A stretch of DNA of 64,000 nucleotides, taken from assembly GCA_019307135.1 (NCBI GenBank), contig JAFDKF010000003.1, positions 978 through 64,977 of the forward strand. The letters are read 5' to 3'. A program made the position numbers and the translations under genes. Shown here piece by piece: positions 1-10,642 of the stretch (positions within the stretch are counted from its first letter, which is position 1; each line of letters starts with the position of its first letter). This stretch comes from Deltaproteobacteria bacterium. GTDB taxonomy: Bacteria > Desulfobacterota > Desulfobacteria > Desulfobacterales > C00003060. The notes beneath the pieces are model-generated. The model did not search any database, was not told where the DNA came from, and saw nothing but the letters and a program-made list of their open reading frames with translations.

Positions 1-406
1 GCCAGTTTTCAGTCTTCAATCCTGAAAACGACTTGTAGTCTTCAACATTGCGCGTTACCAGGACCAGACCGGTTACTTTGGCAATCGCTGCAATCTGGCC
101 ATCCACGAATGGGGGCATCTTTCCTTTTGACGACAACCTCACACGTTCTCTGGCATGCCACTCCGCAGCGCGATCATCATAGGGCAGAATCAACATATTC
201 TGTCTCACCACATCGTTCAGGAATGATTCAATAATCTTGCGTTTGCGAGATCTAGGAAGACGCCGGCAACCGTATTGAAGCTCGTGCCAAACAGGCGCTG
301 CCGTCACAATTTCATGTTGGTGCTTGTCAAACTTGTGAAAGACAGACTCGTTGGGTGTCGTCTTTACACACTCTGACAGGACATTCGTGTCCAGCAAGTA
401 TTTCAT
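1..406 (-). CDS. vapC: PIN-domain type II toxin, VapC family (last residues cut by window edge)
   Basis: Reverse strand from ATG at 406-404 reads MKYLLDTNVLSE...PPFVDGQIAAIAKV...LVTRNVEDY, the PIN acidic-residue pattern. It has a 4-nt ATGA overlap with the upstream antitoxin stop (403-405). It is absent from the ORF track because it runs off the window. Confidence 0.8.
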   Translation of the reverse strand, partial: MKYLLDTNVLSECVKTTPNESVFHKFDKHQHEIVTAAPVWHELQYGCRRLPRSRKRKIIESFLNDVVRQNMLILPYDDRAAEWHARERVRLSSKGKMPPFVDGQIAAIAKVTGLVLVTRNVEDYKSFSGLKTENW

Positions 407-696
407 GACTCAAATTGAACCTCTCTGCCTAAAGACGAATCTCGAAGACCTTCAAAATCGGAGTCGGTAATTTGCACCGCTTTATCCTGAATGTCTTGCC
501 TGAATGTCATTAGGGCATTCCAAAACCCTCTGCTTTTCTGATCCATCAGTTCGTATTCATGAACCGACAACAGCACCGCAACCGGTTCTCCTCGCCTGGT
601 AAGTTTGACGGAGGGTCCTTTTTCCACTTGATGGATGATGGACGGCAACTTGTTCTTGGCCTCAGCTATGGAAAACTGCCTTTTCACACTCGTCAC
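403..696 (-). CDS. Phd/YefM-type antitoxin partner of the PIN toxin
   Basis: 97 aa. The N-terminus SIAEAKNKLPSIIHQVEKGPSVKLTRRGEPVAVLLSVHEYE matches the Phd/YefM fold pattern. It is translationally coupled to the downstream PIN gene. Confidence 0.7.
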   Translation of the reverse strand: MTSVKRQFSIAEAKNKLPSIIHQVEKGPSVKLTRRGEPVAVLLSVHEYELMDQKSRGFWNALMTFRQDIQDKAVQITDSDFEGLRDSSLGREVQFES

Positions 697-803
697 CCCC
701 TTTGTATAGTTCCCACATTATAGCCATCTTCATGGCCATAATCAAGCGAAACCAGCACGCTTCCATCATAATGTGTGTATGTCCGGGCTTGCCGAGTCTG
801 TCC

Positions 804-1069
804 CTGCCCGCCCCGTTAAACCGCGAATTGTTTAACTGGGGTAGGTAGAGTCTATCGTACCGGAGTTTAGTTTTGAAGCATTTGACCGGGGTGGGTCTAT
901 CGATGAGGCCGATATCACTCTGCGTCCCTGTGCGCTTTGCCCGCCGTGCTTGCCCCGTTAAACCGGGAATTGTTTAACCGGGGTGGAATGCACTTGTGTT
1001 CTCTATTCCACCGGGGTGCGAGATTAGTCTGTGCCTGCCCCGTTAAATGCGCAGCCTATTCAACTGGGG
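804..1069. repeat. Three clustered copies of a REP-like palindromic element (GCCCCGTTAAA-N9-17-TTYAACYGGGG)
   Basis: Copies lie at about 804-841, 949-984 and 1033-1069. Each has CCCCGTTAAA pairing with TTTAAC(C/T)GGGG. Related copies are at 31010-31050 and 42249-42285. Confidence 0.7.
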
Positions 1070-1122
1070 TCTGTCGGTGTGTGCTTGCCTCGCCATAGCT
1101 TTCAGCGAAGGCGGGTCTGTGG

Positions 1123-1329
1123 CTATATAGAATCCTTGAGGGCCTTGCCCGGCTTGAACCTTACGCTATTGGAGGCCTTGATCTTTATTTCTTCACCTGT
1201 GGCAGGATTCCGGCCTTTTCTGGCCTTGCGACGGACCTTTGAAAAGGTCCCGAAACCAACCAGTGTGATCTTGCCGTCCTTCTTTTTGAGAGCCTTCTGT
1301 ACCCTGATGTTGCAAAAGTTGAGGATGCC
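1123..1329 (-). pseudogene. HU-family DNA-binding protein remnant (C-terminal 68 codons in frame, N-terminus frameshifted)
   Basis: Reverse frame reads ...[58 protein letters not shown]-stop, the HU/IHF arm signature. An in-frame TGA sits at 1330-1332, and HU-like N-terminal pieces appear only in other frames upstream. Confidence 0.55.
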
Positions 1330-2375
1330 TCAGATCCAAAGCGTCCAAGGGTGAAGCCGTAGTCAGGTACTGCGAACCCTTGGCAACGCAGGCCTGTCCG
1401 CCAAACTTTCAAGGAAGGCGGAAGATGCGGTATCATCGGCTTTCCCAAAGGGTAAACAACAGGGCGAATCTTTCATTGTCTATGGATACCACTCTTGGCG
1501 GAAAAGCGACAAGCGCGTTATCAGCGTACAACAACATGATATGCTGGTCATATTCTCCGACTCGCCGTGTTAGAGAATAAAGGTCTTAATCGAAGCTCGT
1601 CGGTTCATAGAATATAACCTTTTGAAAGGTCAAGAAAAAATGTTCACTTTCATTGCCAAAGTCTGTATTTGACGATGATCGGGCTGGTCAAAGCGTTTCT
1701 TTCAAAAACCGCAACTGTGACCGTATGTGTCACGGTTCTGTGGTACAGGTAAAGCAATAAAGAGGTGGCATAGAAAAGGTTTTGAAATCTTGATCCCACA
1801 TTCAGGGAGTATGTCCTTTTGAAGAGCCTCATAAGGTGACAGGATTACAGAGCTTTCGTAACTTTTGTAACCTGTGTTTCCACCAAGGATCTCCATTTTT
1901 TGAGCGGCGAATTCAGCCGTCGTAGCCATGGCTACTATTTCAGCCGTCGTAGCCTACCGCTACTATGGCGAAGTCGGGGCTTTGGCCTTTACTTTGGTGT
2001 TCGTTCCTGATAAAAAATTGCCCTAAATCCCTAAGAAACAGGGCAATTTAATCCTCTTTTCAAGCCGTCAGGCGCAATTTTGCGCCAAACTCGACACGAA
2101 GTGAAGCCTGCCCTAAATCCTTAGCCGGTCGAATGACCAGGGAAGTCGGGGGCTTTGTGGGGTCATAGACTGGGTCATGGGCTCGGAGGATTGAGGAGGG
2201 AGCTCAGGAAGAAGTGGGGGATTTGAGTTCGGATTTCAAAAGGACAAACGAACGAGTAAGTCAACATAGTCAACAAAGTTCAAGGTACGTTCAACACGAA
2301 CGTCCCCTCTGGCGAAGTCGATGAGTGGGTGAAGTCGGGCGGGGCAATAAACACAAAAGGTAAGGGAGAAGAGTA

Positions 2376-2852
2376 ATGGCGGAACCTCTTGCGGATAAGA
2401 TCATGCGAAAGGTAAAACAGCTCGACGAGCTCTATCACCGTCTGATGCTGGTCGTTGCGCCTTCAGGCGCCGGAAAAACCACCGCGCTCCTGGATGTGCG
2501 GGAACGCACAGGTGCGCCATTGGTTAATGTCAACCTTGAGCTCTCTCGCCTGATGCTTGATTTGACACAACGCCAAAGGGCATTACAGCTTCCGCGCCTT
2601 CTTCGTGAGATTGTTGACAAAGAGGCAGGCAAGATGACCTTGCTTGACAACATCGAGCTAATGTTCGATGTGGGTCTGAAACAGGACCCACTTCGGCTGC
2701 TCCAGGGACTTTCGCGCAACAAGACTGTAGTTGCCTCCTGGAACGGTGCCATCATTGATGGTTTTTTGACCTATGCGGAACCGTCTCATCCGGAGTTCAG
2801 GCGATATCCGGTGCATGATTTTCTGGTAACGAGCCCGGAGATGACAATGTAA
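2376..2852 (+). CDS. brxF: BREX type 3 small P-loop protein BrxF
   Basis: 158 aa with Walker [12 protein letters not shown]. Its size and its position directly upstream of the 1213-aa BrxC-like ATPase fit the brxF-brxC-pglXI-brxHII-pglZ-brxA order of type 3 BREX. Confidence 0.7.
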   Translation: MAEPLADKIMRKVKQLDELYHRLMLVVAPSGAGKTTALLDVRERTGAPLVNVNLELSRLMLDLTQRQRALQLPRLLREIVDKEAGKMTLLDNIELMFDVGLKQDPLRLLQGLSRNKTVVASWNGAIIDGFLTYAEPSHPEFRRYPVHDFLVTSPEMTM

Positions 2853-2886
2853 CGCCAACAAATTCCATTGCAAGGGAGCAAGCGAG

Positions 2887-5800
2887 ATGAAATACAGTGA
2901 TTTAATCGAGTTTGATCCAATCGAGTCCGTAGTACAACTGCGGGATGCCGATGAAGCGCCTGCAGCTAGACAGCTTGTAGAGACCTACGTCATTTCCGAG
3001 GAGATGGCGGAAAAACTGACTGGTCTGGTTATACCACAATTGCAGTTCGACCAACCAACCGATAATAAAGGGTTGCTGGTTGTCGGCAACTACGGCACCG
3101 GGAAGTCCCATCTTATGTCGGTGATCTCGGGGCTTGCGGAGAGCCCCGAGCTTGCTTCTAACCTCAACAACGCCGATGTGGCGGATGCCGCCGGGAAAAT
3201 CGGAGGTAGGTTCAAAGTAGTCCGCACCGAGATCGGTGCAACCACCATGTCGTTACGGGACATCCTTGTGGCCGAGTTGGAAGAGCATTTAGCCTCGATG
3301 GGCATAAACTACAGTTTTCCTTCCACCTCCGAGGTGTCGCTCGATTACCTGCGCACCCGCAAGGATCAGGAACTCATCCTGGACCTTAACTTTCTCCGAG
3401 AGATCGGCGAGGTTTGCAAAGATTTGCGTTTCCGTTTCATGGCCGGTGTCCAGGAAGCCATCTTCGACAGCCCCAGATTTTCCTTCGTAGCCGACAGCAT
3501 CCGCAGAGTGAAGGACCGCTTCGAACAGATTCTTATCGCCCGCAAAGATGTCAAGTTTGTTGTAGCCGAGAGATTGCTCAAGAAAACCGGAGAGCAGCAG
3601 GCCAAGATACGGGAGTACCTCACCCCGTTTGGAAAGTTTTACGGCCATATGAACGAGCGTATGGATGAGTTCGTCCACCTCTTTCCGGTGCATCCTGATT
3701 ATATCGATTCCTTTGAGCGAGTCACCGTAGTGGAGAAACGAGAAGTGCTAAAGACCTTGTCTTTGGCTATGAAGAAGCTGCTTGGCCAGGAATTGCCGGA
3801 TGACCGGCCAGGCCTCATCGCTTATGATTCCTATTGGACAAACCTTCGAGAAAACCCGTCATTCCGGGCGGTGCCGGACATCAAAGCGGTCATCGACTGC
3901 AGCCAGGTGTTGGAATCTCGCATCCAGCAAGCTTTCACGCGTCCGGCATATAAACCCATGGCGCTGCGTCTTATTCGTGCCCTGTCGATCCACCGGCTCA
4001 CCACCGGTGATATTTATGCCACGATTGGAGCGACAGCCGAAGAGCTACGCGATGGACTTTGCCTTTATCAGCCGGGCATCGAGGAGCTGGGCGGCGATCC
4101 GGCTGATGATCTGCTCTCCCAGGTGGAAACCGTCCTTCGGGAAATCCATAAAACGGTCAGCGGACAGTTCATCTCCTCCAACCCGGAAAACCGTCAGTTC
4201 TATCTCGACCTGAAAAAAACCGACGACTTCGACGCGCTGATCGAAAAGCGCGCCGAGAGTCTCGATTCATCTCAGCTCGATCGCTATTACTACGAGGCTT
4301 TAAAGCGGGTTATGGAGTGTACGGACCAAACTTACGTCACTGGCTATAAAATCTGGCAGCACGAGCTGGAATGGCTGGAACGAAAGGCTGCGCGTCAAGG
4401 GTATCTCTTTTTCGGTGCACCAAACCAACGTTCTACCGCAGTCCCTCCACGGGATTTTTACCTCTATTTCATCCAACCATTCGATCCACCCCACTTCAAG
4501 GACGAGAAGAAGTCCGACGAACTGTTTTTAAGGCTTACAAATACGGACGACGAACTCCGCACCATACTGAGTAATTATGCCGCTGCCCTTGATTTGGCAT
4601 CCACATCATCTGGACAAGCCAAATCAACCTATGAATCTAAGGCATCTAATTTCCTGCGAGACCTTGTACAATGGTTGCAAAAGAATATGGCCACCGCTTT
4701 TGAAGTCACATACCAGGGACGCACCAAGTCGCTTACCGAATGGGCCAAGGGCAAATCGATCCGCGAACTTTCCGGCATCGGCTCTCATGAACGCATCAAT
4801 TTCCGCGACCTGGTAAATACCATCGCCGGTATTTGCCTGGGTGCTCATTTCCAGGATCAGGCGCCCGAATACCCATTCTTTTCGGTGCTCATTACCGGGA
4901 CCAACCGGGACCAAGCCGCACAGGACGCCCTGCGCGCCATTGCCGGACAGAACCGCACCAAACAGGCAACAGCGGTTTTGGATGCCCTGGAGCTGCTCGA
5001 CGGTGAACGACTCGATACCTACAAATCGAAATACGCCAAGCATATCCTTGCCTTGCTAAAAAAGAAGGGCCACGGCCAGGTGGTCAATCGCTCTGAACTG
5101 ATCCAGGACGATAAGGGTTTGGAATATCTGGACAAGGACCGGTATCGGCTGGAACCGGAATGGGTGATCGTAGTTCTGGCTGTGCTCGTCTACTCCGGTG
5201 ATCTGGTGATGGCCATACCGGGAAAAAAGTACGATGCCACCGGCCTTTCACAACTGTCAGGGAACAGCGTGGATGAATTGATTCAATTCAAGCACATTGA
5301 GCGACCCAAAGACTGGAACCTGCCGGCCCTGAAGGCTATGTTCGAACTGCTCGGTCTCACGCCCGGTATGGCCCAGCTAGTCACACAGGGCAAGGACGAA
5401 CCTGTGCAGCAGTTGCAGAAGGCAATCTCCGAGCTGGTGGAGAAGCTCGTGCTCCTGCAACAAAATCTACAAAACGGTTTGCTCTTCTGGGGCCGTAACC
5501 TGTTGGCAAAGGAAGATGCGCAGAAACTCTGCACCCGGCTCGATGAGACCAAGACTTTTCTGGAATCGCTCCAAGCCTATACATCGCCAGGAAAGCTCAA
5601 AAATTTCCGCTATGACATGCAGGAGGTGATTGCCTACCGGGATGGGCTTAACTCCCTATCCGAGGTTGAATTCCTCCAAGAGCTGGTGGTCGACCTCAGT
5701 TCCACAGCGTCGTTCCTATCCACAGCCGAGGCAGTCTTGCCCCAGGAGGACGCCTGGGTGGCCAAGATGAAGTCGGCCCGTGACGAGGTGCTTAGCCAGA

Positions 5801-6528
5801 TCAGCGATCCGGTCAAGCGCGGTTCGGCATCCTTCCGCCAGCAGACCCAGCGTAAGCTCACCGACCTCAAGAAGGAATTCCTGAAATTGTACCTAAGCTT
5901 GCACACCAAGGCTCGGCTTGGGGTAAATGAGGACAAGAGAAAAGCAGCCCTTACTACTGATGCCCGACTTGAAACGCTTAAGAAACTCGTCACGGTTGAC
6001 CTGATGCCTCGACAACAATTAATAGATTTTCAAGAAAGACTGAATAAGCTTCAAAGCTGCTTCGCACTCACCGAGCAAGAACTGGATGCTGCGCCCGTCT
6101 GCCCGCACTGCAATTATAAGCCCGCAGCGGAGCCATCGACGGCCAAGGCAAGCACACTTCTCGATGGTCTGGACGACGAACTCGACACCCTGGTAGCGAA
6201 CTGGACACAGACGCTCCTGACCAACCTGGAGGACCCGACCACCAAGGGCAATCTGAACCTGCTAAAGACCGAGCCAAAAAAATTGGTGAACGGCTTCATC
6301 AAGAAACGTTCCCTGCCTGACAAACTTGACCAAAATTTCATCCGTGCTTTGAGTGAAGTGCTTTCAGGTCTTCAGAAGGTTCCGATTAAGATCGCAGACT
6401 TACGGGCAGCGTTGTTATCCGGTGGTTCACCGGTTACACCTGCGGAGATGAAGCAGCGGTTTGAGGATTACCTTGACGAGCTAATCAAAGGAAAAGAGCC
6501 TGAGAAAGTCAGGATTATCCTGGAATAA
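2887..6528 (+). CDS. brxC: BREX ATPase BrxC/PglY
   Basis: 1213 aa with an N-terminal Walker [14 protein letters not shown]. Length and operon position are typical of BrxC/PglY. Confidence 0.75.
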   Translation: MKYSDLIEFDPIESVVQLRDADEAPAARQLVETYVISEEMAEKLTGLVIPQLQFDQPTDNKGLLVVGNYGTGKSHLMSVISGLAESPELASNLNNADVADAAGKIGGRFKVVRTEIGATTMSLRDILVAELEEHLASMGINYSFPSTSEVSLDYLRTRKDQELILDLNFLREIGEVCKDLRFRFMAGVQEAIFDSPRFSFVADSIRRVKDRFEQILIARKDVKFVVAERLLKKTGEQQAKIREYLTPFGKFYGHMNERMDEFVHLFPVHPDYIDSFERVTVVEKREVLKTLSLAMKKLLGQELPDDRPGLIAYDSYWTNLRENPSFRAVPDIKAVIDCSQVLESRIQQAFTRPAYKPMALRLIRALSIHRLTTGDIYATIGATAEELRDGLCLYQPGIEELGGDPADDLLSQVETVLREIHKTVSGQFISSNPENRQFYLDLKKTDDFDALIEKRAESLDSSQLDRYYYEALKRVMECTDQTYVTGYKIWQHELEWLERKAARQGYLFFGAPNQRSTAVPPRDFYLYFIQPFDPPHFKDEKKSDELFLRLTNTDDELRTILSNYAAALDLASTSSGQAKSTYESKASNFLRDLVQWLQKNMATAFEVTYQGRTKSLTEWAKGKSIRELSGIGSHERINFRDLVNTIAGICLGAHFQDQAPEYPFFSVLITGTNRDQAAQDALRAIAGQNRTKQATAVLDALELLDGERLDTYKSKYAKHILALLKKKGHGQVVNRSELIQDDKGLEYLDKDRYRLEPEWVIVVLAVLVYSGDLVMAIPGKKYDATGLSQLSGNSVDELIQFKHIERPKDWNLPALKAMFELLGLTPGMAQLVTQGKDEPVQQLQKAISELVEKLVLLQQNLQNGLLFWGRNLLAKEDAQKLCTRLDETKTFLESLQAYTSPGKLKNFRYDMQEVIAYRDGLNSLSEVEFLQELVVDLSSTASFLSTAEAVLPQEDAWVAKMKSARDEVLSQISDPVKRGSASFRQQTQRKLTDLKKEFLKLYLSLHTKARLGVNEDKRKAALTTDARLETLKKLVTVDLMPRQQLIDFQERLNKLQSCFALTEQELDAAPVCPHCNYKPAAEPSTAKASTLLDGLDDELDTLVANWTQTLLTNLEDPTTKGNLNLLKTEPKKLVNGFIKKRSLPDKLDQNFIRALSEVLSGLQKVPIKIADLRAALLSGGSPVTPAEMKQRFEDYLDELIKGKEPEKVRIILE

Positions 6529-6539
6529 GGACTCAATCG

Positions 6540-7715
6540 ATGAAGAAAAAATCAAAGAGATTACCAAAATCAAAGGATAGCCTTTTTGATCGTGTCGTAA
6601 CCATTCTGGAGCAAGCACGAACTAATGTTGTTCGTACCGTTAATAGCGAAATGGTGCTCGCCTACTGGCAGATCGGACGGGAGATCGTCCAGGAGCTTCA
6701 AAAGGGTGAGAATCGGGCTGAGTATGGCAAGCAAATTATTAAAGACCTTTCTGCAAAGTTGAATAAAAAATACGGAAGAGGATTCTCTTCAACAAATCTA
6801 TGGTATTTCAGGCAGTTCTATGTTGTGTACTCAAATCGGGAACCCAAGATTCGCCACAAGGCTTGTGGAGAATTGGTTTCCATGGAAAAACTCCACAAGC
6901 CTTGTGGAGTTTTGGATGATTTGAGCTTGGCAGTTGAAAAAAGTGAAGCCCTCCAAGGATTTTCACCACTATTAAGCTGGTCGCACTATCGCACATTGAG
7001 CAAGGTTGAGCATAAAAATGAACGTCTATTTTATGAGATTGAAGCCGAGAAAGAGGGCTGGAGCGTTCCTGTTTTGGAGCGGCAGATTCACTCTTTTCTT
7101 TTTGCGCGACTTCTGAAAAGCAGAGATAAAGACGGAGTTCTTGAGTTAGCAAAAGAAGGACAAGTTATAAAAACCCCGACCGATAGCATGAAAGATCCTT
7201 ATATCCTGGACTTTCTTGGTTTGCCTGATTCTAAGCAGATTCACGAATCAAAACTGGAATCTGCAATTATAGACAACATTCAGTCATTCCTTCTGGAGTT
7301 GGGAAAAGGCTTTGCTTTTGTCGCCCGACAAAAACGTCTTCAGTACGAAGACGAATTTTTGTATGTCGATCTTGTTTTTTATAACTGCATTCTGAAGTGC
7401 TACCTGCTGATTGACCTCAAGATTGCCAAACTCACCCATCAAGATATCGGTCAGATGGACAGCTATGTCCGCATGTTTGATGACCTTTTCATCGCCAAGG
7501 ATGATAATCCGACTATAGGTCTGATTCTCTGCTCTGAAAAGAACGAGGCCATTGCACGGTACTCCGTGCTTAACGACAGCAAACAGCTCTTTGCATCCAA
7601 GTACATGCTCTATCTGCCCACTGAAGAAGAACTACAGCGCGAGCTGGAGCGGGAACGACGGTTGATTGAAGAGAGACAGCAAGCGGGGGACCAAGGTGAC
7701 CAAGATAGTGACTAA
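6540..7715 (+). CDS. DUF1016/YhcG-like PD-(D/E)xK nuclease-family protein inserted between brxC and pglXI
   Basis: 391 aa. The N-terminus VVRTVNSEMVLAYWQIGREIV...YGKQIIKDLSAKL...FSSTNLWYFRQFY and the C-terminal YVDLVFYN...LLIDLKIAKL (D..D-x-K) resemble the YhcG family. It is AT-richer than the flanking BREX genes. Confidence 0.6.
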   Translation: MKKKSKRLPKSKDSLFDRVVTILEQARTNVVRTVNSEMVLAYWQIGREIVQELQKGENRAEYGKQIIKDLSAKLNKKYGRGFSSTNLWYFRQFYVVYSNREPKIRHKACGELVSMEKLHKPCGVLDDLSLAVEKSEALQGFSPLLSWSHYRTLSKVEHKNERLFYEIEAEKEGWSVPVLERQIHSFLFARLLKSRDKDGVLELAKEGQVIKTPTDSMKDPYILDFLGLPDSKQIHESKLESAIIDNIQSFLLELGKGFAFVARQKRLQYEDEFLYVDLVFYNCILKCYLLIDLKIAKLTHQDIGQMDSYVRMFDDLFIAKDDNPTIGLILCSEKNEAIARYSVLNDSKQLFASKYMLYLPTEEELQRELERERRLIEERQQAGDQGDQDSD

Positions 7716-7770
7716 GGTTTTTGCTATTCTGGTTATGGAAGCGGCAGAGTTCAGATGAAAGAGAATAAGA

Positions 7771-10638
7771 ATGGCAAAACGTAAACAAACTTCAAGACCT
7801 TCTGAAAAGCTCTTTGCCGATGATCAAAGAGATCTATTTGAGAAGTCCTATGAAGAGCGGCTTAAGGAAGAAAAGAATAGGCCAGTGGAATGTCTCGGCA
7901 TGACCTTTGAGAACGACGAGAAGCGCCGGGAGTATTTCCTGGAGAAGCTACGCGAGAAGCTCAAGGACCCGGAGTTCCGCAAAATCGAGGGTTTCCCCAT
8001 TGGCTCGGACGAGGACATCCTGGCACTCTCTGATCCGCCGTACTACACGGCCTGCCCGAACCCGTTCATCGAGGATTTCATCAAGCAGTACGGAAAGCCG
8101 TATGACCCGGCTACCGATGATTATCGCCGTAAGCCCTTTGCCGCGGACACGGGCGCAGGGAAGACGCATCCCATCTACATGGCGCACTCGTACCATTCAA
8201 AGATTCCGCATCTGGCAATCATGCCCTGCATTCTGCATTACACCGAGCCGAGTGACATCGTGTTCGATGGATTTTCCGGTTCGGGGATGACAGGCGTTGC
8301 CGCCCAGTTGTGCGGACAGCCGGAGCCGGAGTTCAAGGCGTTACTGGAGAAGGATTGGAAGGATGCGGGCTATGGGGCGCCACAATGGGGTGTTCGCAGG
8401 CCGATACTGATGGATCTGTCACCCGTCGCTAATTTCATCGGGTACAACCTCAATCTTGCCCTTTCCGCCAGGGAGTTCAAAAAAGCCGGCCAGGCTTTTT
8501 TCAAGCAAATAGACGAAGAACTCGGCTGGATGTATGAAACGCTCCACACCGACGGCAAAACCAAGGGGCGTATCAACTATGTCGTCTGGTCGGAGGTCTT
8601 CACCTGCCCCAATTGCACTGGTGATGTGGTCTTCATGGAGCAGACCTACGATGCCAAGAGCGGGAAATTCACCAAGGAATACGAATGCCCGCACTGCAAG
8701 TCAGAAATGACCAACCGTAGTGCTGAACACAAGCTCACCACGCATTTTGACAAGGCCATCGGTGAAACCGTCCGCACCGTAACCTATCAGCCTGTCGAGA
8801 TCGAATACACGATTAGCGGAAACAAGGCCAAACACCGCAAGAAGCTCGACTCGGCGGACTTGGCTCTCATTGAAAGACTCAGGAACGAATTGCCCAAGGA
8901 CCGGTTCCCTTCCCAACCCATACCCGAGGAAATCTATCACTACTCGCGTCTTGAGCCGAAGGGCGTGACACATTTCCACCATTTCTATCTTCCCCGCGCT
9001 TTGCATGCACTTTCTGTCATGTGGCGTATTGCCGGGGAATGGCCAGATTCACGACTGCGAGGATTCTTAAAGTTTATGGTGGAGCAATGCTTTTGGGGCT
9101 TCTCTCTTTTAGCGAGATTCGTGCCGAGCCATTTCTCGCAGGTGAATCAATACCTCCCCAATGTCTACTATATTCCGCCATGCGTTGTTGAGATTTCGCC
9201 TTGGTACATATTGGATGGTAAGATCAAGCGTCTTCTAAAAATGCTCAAAGCTGAACAGCTTCCGCAATCATCTTACTTTTCCCAATCCACCACCTCGTCA
9301 TTGCAAACACCGATTCCCGATAGCAGTGTCGATTATGTCTATACCGACCTTCCCTTCGGCGACTTCGTGCCTTATGGCGATCTCAATCTGCTCATTGAAT
9401 CGTGGCACCAGGTGTTTGCCAATTTGCAGCATGAGGTTCTCGTTGATAAAAAACGGCAGAAAGCGGTGGATAAGTACGGTGTCATGATGAAGGAGGCATT
9501 TAGTGAACTCTACCGCATTATGAAGCCAAGTCGGTGGTCAACCATTGTTTTCCACAACTCGAAGAATGCGATCTGGAATGTCCTGCAAGATGCAATCGGC
9601 TCCGCCGGTTTCGTGATTGCCGATGCGCGAACCATGGACAGGGGCACAGGAAGTTACCGGCAATACACGGCTCAGATGGCAGTGAAGGCGGATGTCATTA
9701 TCTCCGCGTACAAACCGAATGGTGGACTCGAAGAGCGGTTCAAGCTTGAGGCCGGAACCGAGGACGGCGTCTGGGATTTCGTCCGCACGCACTTAAAGCA
9801 GCTCCCGATCTTCGTTTCCAAGGACGGACAGGCTGAAGTTATTGCCGAACGCCAAAACTACCTGCTCTTCGATCGAATGGTGGCATTTCACGTCCAGCGC
9901 GGTGTGACGGTTCCCGTGTCCGCCGCTGAGTTTTACGCGGGGCTTGAGCAGCGCTTTCCGCCACGTGACGGGATGTACTTCCTTCCAGACCAGGCGGCAG
10001 AGTATGACAAGAAGCGCATGACGGTGAGAGAGGTGCTCCAGCTTCAGCTTTTCGTCTCCGATGAAGCATCGGCCATCCAGTGGCTCAAGCAGCAGCTCAC
10101 CAAGAAACCGCAGACCTTCCAGGATATCCATCCGCAGTTCCTGAAAGAGATCGGCGGCTGGCAGAAGCATGAGAAGGCCCTGGAGCTTTCCGAACTGCTG
10201 GAACAAAACTTCCTGCGTTATGACGGCAAGGGCGAGGTTCCCAGCCAGATTCACAGCTACCTTTCCTCGAACTTCAAGGAGTTGCGCAACCTATCCAAGG
10301 ACGATCCTGCGCTCAAGGCCAAAGGCAAGGACCGCTGGTACGTGCCCGACCCGAACAAGGCTGGTGATCTGGAAAAGCTGCGCGAGCGGGCCCTGATGCG
10401 CGAGTTCGAGGAGTACCTGCCTGCGCCGAGGCTTCGGCAGGCAGGCCGTGAATCGAAACAGAAACGTCTGAAGGTGTTCCGTTTGGAGGCGGTTCGCTTT
10501 GGTTTCAAGAAGGCGTGGCAGGAGCGCGACTACGCAACTATCATCGCCGTGGCCTGCAAGATACCGGAAAAGATTCTCCAGGAGGACCCCAAACTCCTTA
10601 TGTGGTACGACCAGGCACTCACAAGGACAGGAGGTTGA
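7771..10638 (+). CDS. pglX: BREX type 3 DNA methyltransferase PglXI
   Basis: 955 aa. It has LSDPPYYTACPNPF, the SAM-binding FDGFSGSGMTGVAA, and a later YTDLPFGDF motif. It sits between brxC and the SNF2-like helicase. Confidence 0.7.
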   Translation: MAKRKQTSRPSEKLFADDQRDLFEKSYEERLKEEKNRPVECLGMTFENDEKRREYFLEKLREKLKDPEFRKIEGFPIGSDEDILALSDPPYYTACPNPFIEDFIKQYGKPYDPATDDYRRKPFAADTGAGKTHPIYMAHSYHSKIPHLAIMPCILHYTEPSDIVFDGFSGSGMTGVAAQLCGQPEPEFKALLEKDWKDAGYGAPQWGVRRPILMDLSPVANFIGYNLNLALSAREFKKAGQAFFKQIDEELGWMYETLHTDGKTKGRINYVVWSEVFTCPNCTGDVVFMEQTYDAKSGKFTKEYECPHCKSEMTNRSAEHKLTTHFDKAIGETVRTVTYQPVEIEYTISGNKAKHRKKLDSADLALIERLRNELPKDRFPSQPIPEEIYHYSRLEPKGVTHFHHFYLPRALHALSVMWRIAGEWPDSRLRGFLKFMVEQCFWGFSLLARFVPSHFSQVNQYLPNVYYIPPCVVEISPWYILDGKIKRLLKMLKAEQLPQSSYFSQSTTSSLQTPIPDSSVDYVYTDLPFGDFVPYGDLNLLIESWHQVFANLQHEVLVDKKRQKAVDKYGVMMKEAFSELYRIMKPSRWSTIVFHNSKNAIWNVLQDAIGSAGFVIADARTMDRGTGSYRQYTAQMAVKADVIISAYKPNGGLEERFKLEAGTEDGVWDFVRTHLKQLPIFVSKDGQAEVIAERQNYLLFDRMVAFHVQRGVTVPVSAAEFYAGLEQRFPPRDGMYFLPDQAAEYDKKRMTVREVLQLQLFVSDEASAIQWLKQQLTKKPQTFQDIHPQFLKEIGGWQKHEKALELSELLEQNFLRYDGKGEVPSQIHSYLSSNFKELRNLSKDDPALKAKGKDRWYVPDPNKAGDLEKLRERALMREFEEYLPAPRLRQAGRESKQKRLKVFRLEAVRFGFKKAWQERDYATIIAVACKIPEKILQEDPKLLMWYDQALTRTGG
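10416..10445. repeat. 30-nt palindromic element embedded in frame in pglXI (copy A)
   Basis: cctgcctgcgccgaggcttcggcaggcagg is the exact reverse complement of 15839-15868. It forms a 9-bp outer stem plus inner pairs and encodes LPAPRLRQAG. Confidence 0.85.
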
Positions 10639-10642
10639 TTCC

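Noticed and set aside
1031-1929. Several 60-107-aa ORFs (1031-1354+, 1185-1448-, 1380-1580+, 1650-1832-, 1702-1929-)
   Set aside because: They overlap REP elements, the HU pseudogene and short direct repeats. They have no RBS or motif support and are mutually overlapping.
2435-6341. Numerous 60-165-aa antisense or off-frame ORFs inside brxF and brxC, and similarly inside pglXI, brxHII and pglZ
   Set aside because: They are fully contained in long, motif-supported genes on the plus strand, and their composition is typical of shadow frames.
10499-10642. Track start of the 948-aa ORF at 10499, overlapping pglXI by 140 nt
   Set aside because: The upstream extension is an arginine-rich out-of-frame read of the pglXI 3' end with a TTG start. 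An ATG at 10643 with an AGGAGG RBS 8 nt upstream begins the nuclease domain.
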